Positions 43,371 through 52,458 are shown, counted from the first letter of the stretch. The stretch: 64,000 bases of DNA from Candidatus Marsarchaeota archaeon (GCA_023487445.1 JAMDBQ010000006.1:4157-68156), one strand, 5' to 3'. Numbers and translations are program-made. The notes: generated from the letters alone by a model not told the origin.

Positions 43371-44042
43371 ATGCGCGACACGGTCATAATCAACTATAAA
43401 ACTTACCCCTCAGTGGCAGGCAAAGAGGGTCTGAGACTGGCAATCGAAGCCACGTCCGTAAGTAGAGAGTTCGGCATCGAGTTAGTAGTCGCCCCCAACC
43501 TTGTGGATACCTCCCTCTTCTGCCAGGCGGGTGGACTAACAGTATTCGCCCAACACTGCGACCTTGGAAACAGAGGTAACATGACCGGCAGAGTGACCCT
43601 TGACTCCCTTAGAACCGTGGGAGCCGAGGGCTTGCTTGTGAACCACTCCGAGTACCCTCAGACAGACTCGGAAATAGAAGAGTTGGTCATGCAGGCACGC
43701 CAAATGGGGCTTAAAACCTGTGTATGCGTCCCCGATTCGTCAAAGCTTGAGGCATACGCTCGTCTCTGCCCAGACTACCTTGCAGTCGAACCCCCTGAGC
43801 TGATAGGGGGCGACGTGTCGGTCTCAAAGGCTCGCCCCGGCCTCCTCAAGGAGGCGTTTAAAGCGATCAGGTCTTCGTCTAAAACAACCGCTCCGTTATG
43901 CGGTGCAGGCATAAAGACCGCTGAAGACGTCAGCGTTGCGAAGAAGCTGGGCGGCTCGGGCGTGCTCATAGCAAGCGGGTTCGTCCTCTCAGACGACCCA
44001 ATCTCTCAGCTCGCCAACTTAATCTCCGGATTCTCCGGGTAA
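43371..44042 (+). CDS. tpiA: triosephosphate isomerase (short archaeal type)
   Basis: 223 aa; ..IINYKTY.. , ..LLVNHSE.. , ..YLAVEPPELIGG.. , ..LCGAGI.. , ..GSGVLIASG.. are the archaeal TIM blocks. Confidence 0.85.
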   Translation: MRDTVIINYKTYPSVAGKEGLRLAIEATSVSREFGIELVVAPNLVDTSLFCQAGGLTVFAQHCDLGNRGNMTGRVTLDSLRTVGAEGLLVNHSEYPQTDSEIEELVMQARQMGLKTCVCVPDSSKLEAYARLCPDYLAVEPPELIGGDVSVSKARPGLLKEAFKAIRSSSKTTAPLCGAGIKTAEDVSVAKKLGGSGVLIASGFVLSDDPISQLANLISGFSG

Positions 44043-45800
44043 CTCGGCTATCGAAGACTCGTAGAAGTATTCTCCGATGTCCTTCTGGTGCCTGTCCAAG
44101 TTGCTGCCGACCTTGTTAGCCCGGGGCCTCCCCGTCTCCTTATCCCTTCTAAACGTAATCCCCAACCCCTGCAGAAACCGGTTAAGACCCTCCCTGAGCG
44201 TGGTGGTTTTGCATACGTGTCCACGCACACCCGGCTCACCCTCGACCACTATGAGGTAGTCCGACACATAGTCTATCATAGCCAGGTCGTGGTCCACCAC
44301 AAACGCCACCGCATCCCTGTTTTCCACGTTGCGCCTTATCGCCTTGGACACGAACAGCCGCTCCTCTACATCCAGGTAGGCGCTGGGTTCATCCAAGAGA
44401 TATACGTCAGCGTCAACGGCTAGGCTCAGAACAGTGGCAACCCGCTGCAGCTCCCCTCCGCTAAGTTCGGAGACGTTCTTCTGGGTCAGCCTGTTTATCC
44501 TGAGCGGCTCGTATACGTCGGTCATGAACGCGTTTTCATCAAGCGCCTTACTCGCGTATTTTGCGAACATCTCTTCCACGGTGCCATCGAACTTGGGTGT
44601 AAGAGTCTGAGGCTTGTAGCTCACACTTACGCTTCTACCTGCAAAATAGGCCTCTTTAAAGTAGGCCTGCAGCCTCGATATAAAAGAAGTTTTACCAACG
44701 CCGTTCTCCCCCACGAGACCCACGGCTGTGCCCTTGTATACAGCCCCCGGCTCGACGTCGAGTGTGAAGCCTGAATCGTACGACATCGAAAGCCTGGGCC
44801 ACTCAAGTGGACGCGTCTGGGGTGCCTTATATTCTGAGGAGCGCTTCCTGAATATGATGGGGTTCGAATGAATCTTCATGTTCTTGTCCGGCAGGTAGCC
44901 TGTGAGCATCGCGTTGATACCCGTGTTGGTGGAGTAGGAGTTGGAGACGTAGCCATACGCCCCCGCCTCACCATACACCACTACCACGTAGTCTGAAAGG
45001 TAGTCGAGCACCGCAAGGTCATGCTCTACTACGCAGACATACTTGCCCTCCGAGGCAAGCCCGCGTATTAGCCGGCTCATCACAAACCTGTCGCGTACAT
45101 CGAGAAAACTCGCAGGTTCATCGAAGAAGTAGGCGTCGGCATCTGTGCCAACCACCTTGGCGATAGCCGCCTTCTGAAGCTCCCCCCCGCTAACCACATC
45201 CATTGTTCTTCCAAGCACGTTTGTGAGGTTAAGCTCCCCAACGATGCGGGGGTCAACCCCTGCAAGGTAGTCTGATACACGCATGTTGGTTTTAAGGTGG
45301 TCAAGGTACTGGGGTTTGACAACCACCCTGAGCTCCCCGGTATAAAGATCGGTGAAGTATCTTTGAAGCTCCTTGCCCCTGAAAAATTTTATCACACTGT
45401 CACGGGAAGCGTCTTCTGAACCCAAGTTAGGCACGAGTTCGCCCGTCAAAACCTTGAGCGAAGTGGTTTTACCCGCGCCGTTTCTGCCCAGCACGCCTAC
45501 CACCGCCCCCTTCTTCAACGTGGGTAGCCAGAACAGCGTGAATCCACTCGACCGATACTTGTTCACAATCGTATCAGACCATGAGTCGGGGACGTTCAGG
45601 ATGGTTATCGCCGTAAACGGGCACTTGTTCACGCATATCCCGCAGCCGATGCACAGATCCTCGTCGATCTTTGCCTTCTTCGTCGAAGGCTCGATCACGA
45701 TGGTTAGAGGCTTAACCCTTTCGACCGGGCAAACACGAATGCAGAGATTGCCGCACTTTTCGGGCTTACACTGCTCCTGCTCAACGCTTGCTATTCTCAT
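44019..45800 (-). CDS. ABCE1 / RNase L inhibitor-type ribosome recycling ATPase
   Basis: N-terminal 4Fe-4S ferredoxin motifs (CKPEKCGNLCIRVCP; CIGCGICVNKCP) followed by two ABC cassettes (GRNGAGKTT, GENGVGKTS; LSGGELQ x2). Confidence 0.95.
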   Translation of the reverse strand: MRIASVEQEQCKPEKCGNLCIRVCPVERVKPLTIVIEPSTKKAKIDEDLCIGCGICVNKCPFTAITILNVPDSWSDTIVNKYRSSGFTLFWLPTLKKGAVVGVLGRNGAGKTTSLKVLTGELVPNLGSEDASRDSVIKFFRGKELQRYFTDLYTGELRVVVKPQYLDHLKTNMRVSDYLAGVDPRIVGELNLTNVLGRTMDVVSGGELQKAAIAKVVGTDADAYFFDEPASFLDVRDRFVMSRLIRGLASEGKYVCVVEHDLAVLDYLSDYVVVVYGEAGAYGYVSNSYSTNTGINAMLTGYLPDKNMKIHSNPIIFRKRSSEYKAPQTRPLEWPRLSMSYDSGFTLDVEPGAVYKGTAVGLVGENGVGKTSFISRLQAYFKEAYFAGRSVSVSYKPQTLTPKFDGTVEEMFAKYASKALDENAFMTDVYEPLRINRLTQKNVSELSGGELQRVATVLSLAVDADVYLLDEPSAYLDVEERLFVSKAIRRNVENRDAVAFVVDHDLAMIDYVSDYLIVVEGEPGVRGHVCKTTTLREGLNRFLQGLGITFRRDKETGRPRANKVGSNLDRHQKDIGEYFYESSIAELPGESGD

Positions 45801-45824
45801 GGTTCTGCTTGTCCAAGCGGATGG

Positions 45825-46079
45825 CTAGTCGTCCGAAGACTCTTCCTCTTCCTCCAGATCGTAGGATTCAAGGAAGGCCTCCTTCTGCTCTTTGTCTACG
45901 CCTTCCTCGTCGGCTGAGTCATCCACCACTACGTCCACTGATTTGCGGACGGGTATCACCCTCTCAGCCTTGGTGTTTCTGAACGGGGCCGTGTACCCGC
46001 ACTTAGCGCAGTAAAGAACAGTCTTCTTCTTGTCTTTACGCGGGACCATGACCCCGCCACACTTCGGACAGTACTGCAA
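45825..46079 (-). CDS. N-terminal C4 zinc-ribbon protein (TFS/Rpb9 N-domain-like) with acidic C-terminal tail
   Basis: MQYCPKCGGVMVPRKDKKKTVLYCAKCGYTAP.. resembles the N-terminal ribbon of TFS/RpoM. The second (catalytic) ribbon is absent and replaced by ..DDSADEEGVDKEQKEAFLESYDLEEEEESSDD. Confidence 0.5.
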   Translation of the reverse strand: MQYCPKCGGVMVPRKDKKKTVLYCAKCGYTAPFRNTKAERVIPVRKSVDVVVDDSADEEGVDKEQKEAFLESYDLEEEEESSDD

Positions 46080-46117
46080 TCCAATCTCCCTAGACGCGTA
46101 CCGTGAAGATAAAAACG

Positions 46118-46246
46118 CTACTCCCCCGAAGAATCGTCGAGGGAGGGCTCCGAATCGTCGTCTAGAATGTCGTCGTCGAGGTCGTCGTCGAATTCCTCAT
46201 CGAGCTCGTCAGCGTCGTCTACGTCTTCCTCTTCACCAAAATACAA
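46118..46246 (-). CDS. hyper-acidic 42-aa micro-ORF (speculative)
   Basis: TTG-initiated MYFGEEEDVDDADELDEEFDDDLDDDILDDDSEPSLDDSSGE*, 38 nt upstream of the Zn-ribbon gene on the same strand. The antisense Arg-rich ORF 46030..46293 is its compositional mirror. Coding status unproven. Confidence 0.25.
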   Translation of the reverse strand: MYFGEEEDVDDADELDEEFDDDLDDDILDDDSEPSLDDSSGE

Positions 46247-46325
46247 ACAGTAAAACCTCCAAATTCGGCGTTAGGTCGACTACAAATATTTAAACCCTGC
46301 TCACGCACATCTACAGCAGAGGCGA

Positions 46326-46908
46326 GTGCACCACGTCAACACAGTCCACCCAGACAACTTTCATCCTCTTCTCGTACGTCTACAAGGAGGCCAACGCCTC
46401 CTACGAATTCGAGGACGCGCTGGCGGAAGCCGGAATAGCGTGCTCGGTTAAACCAACGCAGACGCCGGGTCTCTTGATTGCAAAAGCCGAATCAGACAAG
46501 TCCTCGGTGTTCCAGGCGCTCGACCGAGGTGCGTGGAGGTTCTCCGCGTTGCTGAAGGTTGCATATTCCACATACAGTGCAGCCTTAGTAGACCTTCCAC
46601 AGAGGCTGGGTGAACTCTGCCCCCTGCTAAACCAGGCGGTTTCCAGACGCGCTTACAGGATCACGGTTAGAAGAATGCATTCCCAACAGGCCAAAGACAC
46701 CCTGATAAGGGGCCTCGCAGCGTGCATCGAGGGTGAGGTGGATCTAAAAGAATACGAAGTGGATGTTACAGTTTACAACGTCGGGGGAAGACTCTATTTT
46801 GTGTTCAACGCCTTAACCGATGAATTCGTATCCGAGCGGGCAAGGTTTACATCCGGCCCCGGGGATCAAAGTTTGGATAGAAGCGACGAGTTGACTCGTG
46901 CTAGCTGA
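46326..46908 (+). CDS. stand-alone THUMP-domain RNA-binding protein; N-terminus in a different frame from the track ORF (46474..46908)
   Basis: The frame of 46474 is open upstream to 46294 and encodes ..TTFILFSYVYKEANASYEFEDALAEAGIACSVKPTQTPGLLIAKAESD.. (typical THUMP N-terminal module), but without a start codon. GTG 46326 lies ~32 nt after TATA 46284-46294 but in the neighbouring frame. Confidence 0.55.
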
Positions 46909-47345
46909 ACCCTGTCTTCCGGGCTGAGCGCGGCGTATCCCAGTTTGACTTCCACCCCCACACCCACCCTTTCCTTCGCCTTAGTTTCTGGCCCATCTTC
47001 CGCCACGTCGCCTCCCTTGCCTTCACCCGGTTCTTCTTCGCCTCCGAAAATTTTCATGAGGTAGCAGTATTTCTTGGAGCACCCCGCGTTCTTCATACTC
47101 ACGATTTCCGACACCCGGGTGATGCCTGTCAGACACACCACGAATTCGTAGTCAAGGTGTTTGGATATTGAGAAGCCGTTCATCCAGCGTATGCACGCAT
47201 GGTGGAACGCCACTACAAACAGCCAGGGGTTGACCTCTCTATCCGAGGAGAGCGCCACCCAGCCCTTCGGCGCCTCCCCCCCTATGTTCGACTTCAGAAC
47301 ACGGAGGCCGAAGCTTCTATTCCCTAGATTTACCTTTAGCATCAA
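46866..47345 (-). CDS. possible KEOPS subunit Cgi121
   Basis: 159 aa; ..LFVVAFHHACIRWMNGFSISKHLDYEFVVCLTGITRVSEIVSM.. resembles the central Cgi121 helices (..A...A........a..l..E.l...sG...I.eai). Weak, memory-based. Confidence 0.35.
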   Translation of the reverse strand: MMLKVNLGNRSFGLRVLKSNIGGEAPKGWVALSSDREVNPWLFVVAFHHACIRWMNGFSISKHLDYEFVVCLTGITRVSEIVSMKNAGCSKKYCYLMKIFGGEEEPGEGKGGDVAEDGPETKAKERVGVGVEVKLGYAALSPEDRVQLARVNSSLLSKL

Positions 47346-47901
47346 GCACCATTTCCACTAAACCAGTTAGGCCCGCATCCACACCGATTTCGGAACCAAG
47401 TCTGGAAACATCTGCTCCCGGCTTAGCCTTGGGTGACAGAGTTTCAACAAGCTCCCAGGGAAACACAACCCACTCAGACACCTCTTTGAAGAAGTAGTCA
47501 GGCACAAGCTTAGACCAAGGCTTAGTGTAGAGTGTAGCGGTCCTGAACTTGGTCGCCCCACTCCTCCTAAGTGCGTCGATGATAGCGATCAGGCTTGAGC
47601 CGCTGTCTGATATGTCGTCTACGAGCAACAGCCGGGAGTCGATCAACTCCGCTGGGACATCCTCAAGAAGCCTCAGACTGCCCTTCACCTCGTTGTCATA
47701 GGACTCGATCTGAACCGACACCAACCTCCTCACCGAAAGGAAGTCGCTAAGCAGCCTAGCTGGCACCCACCCCCCCCGAGCAATGCCCAGCACGGCATCG
47801 AATCCTTCACCTTTGATCTTTATCGAGGCAGCGATTCTGGCAGTAGCTTCATACACCTCGCCCCACGTCACCGGAAGATACTTCGGCAAGCTACCCACCA
47901 T
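47317..47901 (-). CDS. purine phosphoribosyltransferase (Hpt/Gpt-like)
   Basis: PRPP-binding motif LLLVDDISDSGSSL and ..VLGIARGGWVPARLLSDFL.. type I PRTase fold. Confidence 0.75.
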   Translation of the reverse strand: MVGSLPKYLPVTWGEVYEATARIAASIKIKGEGFDAVLGIARGGWVPARLLSDFLSVRRLVSVQIESYDNEVKGSLRLLEDVPAELIDSRLLLVDDISDSGSSLIAIIDALRRSGATKFRTATLYTKPWSKLVPDYFFKEVSEWVVFPWELVETLSPKAKPGADVSRLGSEIGVDAGLTGLVEMVLDAKGKSRE

Positions 47902-48187
47902 GCACCACTGGCACGACTGTTATGACGTCTTCGTCACGAAGCCTCGCGCCTAGCCCGCCACATATTTCTGCGTCGACCCCGTTCAGGAGGACAATCACGT
48001 CCCTTGAGACACCTCCCCTTTCAAAAAGCCTGTCACTGACACGCTGGTCGCCCGAGTATGCTTCTCTCAGAGCATCTCCCACGCTTACTTCGTCACCCAG
48101 CTCCACCAAGAGTTCGCCGCGTCCACCCATGTTCAGCCATCCCATACCCTTAACCTTGACCTTCACGGCAGAGTCCACCAAATCCAT
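47891..48187 (-). CDS. MoaD/ThiS-family ubiquitin-like small protein (SAMP-like), C-terminal GG
   Basis: 98 aa beta-grasp-like, ends ..VITVVPVVHGG. Confidence 0.65.
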   Translation of the reverse strand: MDLVDSAVKVKVKGMGWLNMGGRGELLVELGDEVSVGDALREAYSGDQRVSDRLFERGGVSRDVIVLLNGVDAEICGGLGARLRDEDVITVVPVVHGG

Positions 48188-48258
48188 GCGGGTCAGCGAG
48201 GCGCATGCTCGTCACGGCTCAGCGCAGGTCAGCATAACATCATACCCGCAAAACAGCG

Positions 48259-48477
48259 TCATACAAGATCCAGTTGCTCTTCCTGCGGCCTCGATCTGGT
48301 CTTCAGGATCCTAGTTACGCTGCCAGTCACCTTGTTGAGAGTCCTCTTTGAGTCGGCGTTTATGAGCTTCTGAACAACAGGTTTGTTCTCTTCAAACTTC
48401 AAACTGAAGACGTCAGGGTAGGCATCCACAAGCTGCTTGGCTACCCTCTTAATCATCCTTGTCTTGATATTACCCAT
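48259..48477 (-). CDS. rps17e: 30S ribosomal protein S17e
   Basis: MGNIKTRMIKRVAKQLVDAYPDVFSLKFEENK.. canonical S17e N-terminus. Confidence 0.9.
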   Translation of the reverse strand: MGNIKTRMIKRVAKQLVDAYPDVFSLKFEENKPVVQKLINADSKRTLNKVTGSVTRILKTRSRPQEEQLDLV

Positions 48478-48621
48478 TTGCAGTGTCCAACACCACCCCC
48501 ACCCATATTTATGTTCTGTCGGGCCAGCTGACTTCTACCGCCGAACCCGTTTTCCTTTCACCTTTTCACCGCGTAAAGCTAAAAAACCCAAATTAACCCA
48601 TTCTTCAAAGGTGAATTTTAA

Positions 48622-50286
48622 ATGGCTTCTGCAGTACCCTCGCTAGGAGGAGCCCCGGTACTAGTTCTGAAAGAAGGATCTCAGAGATCACAGGGCAGGG
48701 AGGCCCTGCACTCCAACATATCAGCAGCTGTAGCCGTGGCCGAAGTGATCAGGACCACACTCGGTCCCAAAGGGCTCGACAAAATGCTTGTGGATTCCCT
48801 TGGTGAGGTAACGGTTACCAACGACGGCGCCACGATTCTAAAGAACATGGATGTGCAGCATCCCGCCGCCAAACTCATGGTTCAGATATCCAAGACACAG
48901 GATGATGAGGTTGGAGATGGGACTAAATCCACCGTGGTGCTCGCGGGCGAGCTTCTTAGGCGCGCTGAAGATCTAGTTGAAAGGAAGATCCACCCCACAA
49001 TGGTGGTCTCTGGCTACAGGAAGGCCGCGGACATGGCTTTGAACGCGATTAAGGATATAGCGAAACCGATTGAGCTCACAGACAAAGCCACGCTTGAAAA
49101 GATAGCGATGACCGCTATGAGCAGCAAATCCGTCTCGGATGCGAGGGAGCACCTCGCCGACATCACGGTCAAATCAGTCCTGCAGGTGAACGAAAAGCGG
49201 GGCCAGAAGGACTACGTTGACGTTGACCTGATACAGGTTATTAAGAAGCAGGGTGGAGGAGCGCTGGACACCCAGCTGATTATGGGTGTGGTGATCGATA
49301 AGGAGGTTGTTCATCCTGGTATGCCCAAGCGTGTGGAGAAGGCTAGGATCGCGCTTCTGGACACCCCGCTCGAGATCGAGAAGACCGAGATAGACGCCGA
49401 GATCAGGATAACCAACCCCGAGCAGATGAAGGCGTTCATTGACCAGGAGTCCTCTATTCTTAAGGAGATGGTTGAGAAGCTTCAGAAGGTTGGGGCGAAC
49501 GTGGTGATCTGCCAGAAGGGCATCGATGACATCGCCCAGCACTTCCTCGCCAAGAACGGCATACTCGCCGTAAGGAGAGCTAAGCAAAGCGACATGGAGA
49601 AGCTTAGCAGAGCCACGGGGGCACGCGTGGTCACCAACATAGACGACCTCACCTCGAACGATCTAGGCCAAGCCGAGTTCGTCGAGGAAAGAAGGATAGC
49701 GAACGAGAAGATGCTCTTCGTCGAGGGATGCAAGAACCCGAAGGCGGTTAGCATTCTCATACGCGCAGGACTTGAAAGAGCAGTGGATGAAATCGAGCGT
49801 TCACTACACGACTCCCTGAAGGCTGTTGCGACGACCGTAATGGACGCTAGAATACTGCCGGGCGCCGGCGCAACTCAAGTTGAGCTAGCAAAAAGGATCA
49901 GGGAGCAGGCGGCGAAGGTTGGTGGGAAAGAGCAGCTCGCTGTAGAAGCGTTCGCCGACGCGCTTGAAGTGATACCTAAAGCGATAGCGGAGAACGCCGG
50001 GCTCGACCCCATAACTGTAATAACCGACCTGACTGCGGCCCACTCAAAGGCGGAGGGTGTCGCCTTCGGAGTGGATATCAACACTGGTAAACCCGTGGAC
50101 GCGTTCAAGAAGGGTATCGTTGAACCAGCCAACCTCACTACTCAGGCAATCAGGTCAGCCGTGGAGGCTGCGAGCGCAATCCTACGCATCGACGACGTGG
50201 TTGCTGCGGCTAAGTCGAGCGGAGCCGGCAAAGGCGGAGCGGGCAAGGGCTCCAACGACAAGGGAGAAGACAGCGGCTCTGACTGA
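48622..50286 (+). CDS. ths: thermosome (group II chaperonin) subunit
   Basis: ..[57 protein letters not shown].. and C-terminal Gly/Ala/Lys tail. Confidence 0.95.
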   Translation: MASAVPSLGGAPVLVLKEGSQRSQGREALHSNISAAVAVAEVIRTTLGPKGLDKMLVDSLGEVTVTNDGATILKNMDVQHPAAKLMVQISKTQDDEVGDGTKSTVVLAGELLRRAEDLVERKIHPTMVVSGYRKAADMALNAIKDIAKPIELTDKATLEKIAMTAMSSKSVSDAREHLADITVKSVLQVNEKRGQKDYVDVDLIQVIKKQGGGALDTQLIMGVVIDKEVVHPGMPKRVEKARIALLDTPLEIEKTEIDAEIRITNPEQMKAFIDQESSILKEMVEKLQKVGANVVICQKGIDDIAQHFLAKNGILAVRRAKQSDMEKLSRATGARVVTNIDDLTSNDLGQAEFVEERRIANEKMLFVEGCKNPKAVSILIRAGLERAVDEIERSLHDSLKAVATTVMDARILPGAGATQVELAKRIREQAAKVGGKEQLAVEAFADALEVIPKAIAENAGLDPITVITDLTAAHSKAEGVAFGVDINTGKPVDAFKKGIVEPANLTTQAIRSAVEAASAILRIDDVVAAAKSSGAGKGGAGKGSNDKGEDSGSD

Positions 50287-50311
50287 ACCCTCCCCCCCAT
50301 TTTATAACAGA

Positions 50312-51121
50312 GGACTTTTTTTCGTAGGCTTAGGTTTGTTCGACGACTACGGGCTGAGTGCGCGCGCGGTTGAGGTCATGCGCGCCTCAGCAGTGGTTTT
50401 CATAGAGCAGTACACCTCGGCTATGCCGGGGATGAACCTGAGCAGGTTGGCCTTCCTGATAGGGAAGCCCCCCGTCCCCGTCTCCAGACGTGAGCTTGAA
50501 GAGGAAGGGGGGAAGAGGGTGCTCGAGGAAGCTTCGAAGGCACCTGTGACGCTTGCGGTGCCAGGGGACCCCTTCGTGGCCACAACCCATGTGACCCTGC
50601 GGGGGGAGGCAGCCCGCGTAGGCATCCCAACGTTCTATGTTCCGGGCTCCTCGGTGTTCAGCGCAGCCTACGGAGCGTCGGGCCTCCAGGTTTACAGGGC
50701 TGGTCCAAGCTGCACAGTGGTTGAACCCACCCCCCTTTATCACCCTGTTTCTCAGTATCAGAAGATACTCTCCAACATGGCGAGCGGGCTTCACACCCTT
50801 GTACTACTCGACATAGCAGAGCCCGGGTTCGCCCCCTTGACGTTTGCGAGAGCCGCGAGGCTATTCACAGACTACCTTGCCGCGAAAGGTGTTTCTGGGA
50901 GAAGCATTGTGGCAGTGGGTCTAGCGGGTCTGGGGTCACTTGGTCACGTGGCCGCAGCGGGTACGCTTGAGTCGCTGAGCTCAATGAATGTTGAACCCAT
51001 GCCTCAGTGCATGGTTGTACCGGGTGTGCCCGATGAAGCCGAAGCGAAAGCTCTAATTGAGCTCGGCGCTTCGAGTCAGGAGATCGCCGCCCATGTCGCA
51101 GCGTGTAAAAGAGTTGGCTGA
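50312..51121 (+). CDS. dphB: diphthine synthase (DphB); start codon unresolved
   Basis: ..GLFFVGLGLFDDYGLSARAVEVMRASAVVFIEQYTS.. aligns with the canonical DphB N-terminus (LYFIGLGLYDE..). ..VPGDPFVATTH.. and ..GLHTLVLLDI.. follow. The only canonical in-frame starts are TTG 50336 (after the GLGL motif) or ATG 50057 inside the thermosome gene. Confidence 0.8.
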   Translation, partial: GLFFVGLGLFDDYGLSARAVEVMRASAVVFIEQYTSAMPGMNLSRLAFLIGKPPVPVSRRELEEEGGKRVLEEASKAPVTLAVPGDPFVATTHVTLRGEAARVGIPTFYVPGSSVFSAAYGASGLQVYRAGPSCTVVEPTPLYHPVSQYQKILSNMASGLHTLVLLDIAEPGFAPLTFARAARLFTDYLAAKGVSGRSIVAVGLAGLGSLGHVAAAGTLESLSSMNVEPMPQCMVVPGVPDEAEAKALIELGASSQEIAAHVAACKRVG

Positions 51122-51773
51122 AAAATACTCGTCCAACGTTGAGATAGCTCTGAAAACACTGAAACTCGATCCAAAGACAAAGAGTCACGTCTCAGACTAC
51201 CTTGCGGATTCAAGGCACTACTACGCCAAGGGGGACTACGTCACCTCCCTCGTCGCTTCGAGCTACGCCGAGGGCCTCATAGACGGGGCGTCGCTTTCCC
51301 GGGGAGAGCCCACAAGGTGGACCAGCACGACAAGGAAGGTGCTCCTTGTAGGCACATGGGATATAGTCCACCCCGGCCACATAGAGTTCCTCTGGAGGGG
51401 GAAAAGGCTTGGGAAAGTCTACGTGATCGTGGCGCGCGATGAAAACGTAGCCGCCTCCAAGGGTCGCCCACCACTGATACCTCAGCGCCAGAGAGCCGAG
51501 GTTCTCAGGAACCTTAAGCCCGTGGACCACGTTGTACTTGGAGACAAATCGAATTTCCTGAAGCCCGTTGCAAAAATCAGGCCCGACATAATACTTCTGG
51601 GACCCGACGAAACCTACCCCGTAGATAAGCTGAAGGTAGACCTTAGGAAGATGGGTTTGCGCTGCAGGGTGATGAAGCTCTCTAAGCGTTTTACAAAGTA
51701 TCCGCTTAGCAGTACATCCCAGATAATTGCGAAGGCGGCTAAGCTCGCTAACCCACTGAAAGAACGGGGGTGA
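51093..51773 (+). CDS. ribL: FAD synthetase RibL (cytidylyltransferase-like) fused to an N-terminal DUF357-like domain
   Basis: ..VLLVGTWDIVHPGHIEFLWRGKRLG..VYVIVARDENV.. nucleotidyltransferase core. Preceding ~85 aa ..DYLADSRHYYAKGDYVTSLVASSYAEGLIDG.. looks DUF357-like. I prefer ATG 51093. Confidence 0.65.
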   Translation: MSQRVKELAEKYSSNVEIALKTLKLDPKTKSHVSDYLADSRHYYAKGDYVTSLVASSYAEGLIDGASLSRGEPTRWTSTTRKVLLVGTWDIVHPGHIEFLWRGKRLGKVYVIVARDENVAASKGRPPLIPQRQRAEVLRNLKPVDHVVLGDKSNFLKPVAKIRPDIILLGPDETYPVDKLKVDLRKMGLRCRVMKLSKRFTKYPLSSTSQIIAKAAKLANPLKERG

Positions 51774-52452
51774 CGAGCACCCTCGTGCCGTCGGCTATCC
51801 CCAGCTTCTTCTTTATGCTGAACGGCGCAATCAGCTCTACAACGTCGTCGCCGTAACGTGAATACTCCGGGAAAAGCGCCACGCACTCCACAACCTGGGA
51901 GCCCAGCCTGAGTATAGCAGGGTAGGTTAACACCAGCCCGAACCTCCTGTTACCCGTCCTGAAACCGTTTACTATCTTCGAGGGATACATCCTGAACACG
52001 TCAAATGCGTTTTGATCCGCCTTCAGGTTGAGCGTTCCCAGATAGGGTTTGAAGCCGTAGATCAGCTCGAACTGCCGGCCGTAACCCCTCAGCTCAAGGA
52101 AGAACCTTCCCTCGCCCACGCCTGAAACAACGGTTGCCCCAAGCTCCACCCTAGGAAGCGGAGCCGTGAACAAGTTGAGGAACCGCCTGAGTTGGCCACG
52201 GGCGAACTCTGACACAGTGTACTCGAAACCTGCAGAGCCGGTGCGCTTATCCACGAGGCCAGCTTCAACGGCGCGGCTGAGTTTGCGTGAAGCCGCCTGC
52301 TGGGAGACTTCAAGCATGCTTCCCAGCGACGACCCCGAGATCCTTACGTAGCCGTGTAGCCCGCCGAACTCTACGAGCGCAACCACCACGTCGGCGTGAT
52401 CAAACCACCTCTTACCCGACTCGTCGAGGAACTTCCTCTTCAAAGCCACCAA
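51748..52452 (-). CDS. ribK: CTP-dependent riboflavin kinase (RibK) with N-terminal wHTH domain
   Basis: C-terminal ..GYGRQFELIYGFKPYLGTLNLKAD....GFRTGNRRFGLVLTYPAIL....ALFPEYSRYGDDVVELIAP.. matches archaeal RibK; N-terminal ~80 aa wHTH-like. Confidence 0.65.
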   Translation of the reverse strand: MVALKRKFLDESGKRWFDHADVVVALVEFGGLHGYVRISGSSLGSMLEVSQQAASRKLSRAVEAGLVDKRTGSAGFEYTVSEFARGQLRRFLNLFTAPLPRVELGATVVSGVGEGRFFLELRGYGRQFELIYGFKPYLGTLNLKADQNAFDVFRMYPSKIVNGFRTGNRRFGLVLTYPAILRLGSQVVECVALFPEYSRYGDDVVELIAPFSIKKKLGIADGTRVLVTPVLSVG

Positions 52453-52458
52453 GCCAGT

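Noticed and set aside
46030-46293. Arg-rich plus-strand ORF (..NRRGRAPNRRLECRRRGRRRIPHRARQRRLRLPL..)
   Set aside because: It is the antisense reading of the (GAC/GAG)-rich acidic stretch. The acidic reading shares its strand with the flanking Zn-ribbon and ABCE1 genes.
50057-50311. Long N-terminal extension of the dphB ORF (start ATG 50057)
   Set aside because: It overlaps the thermosome gene by 230 nt in another frame and encodes Arg/Ser/Pro-rich sequence with no DphB counterpart. The frame is open by chance.
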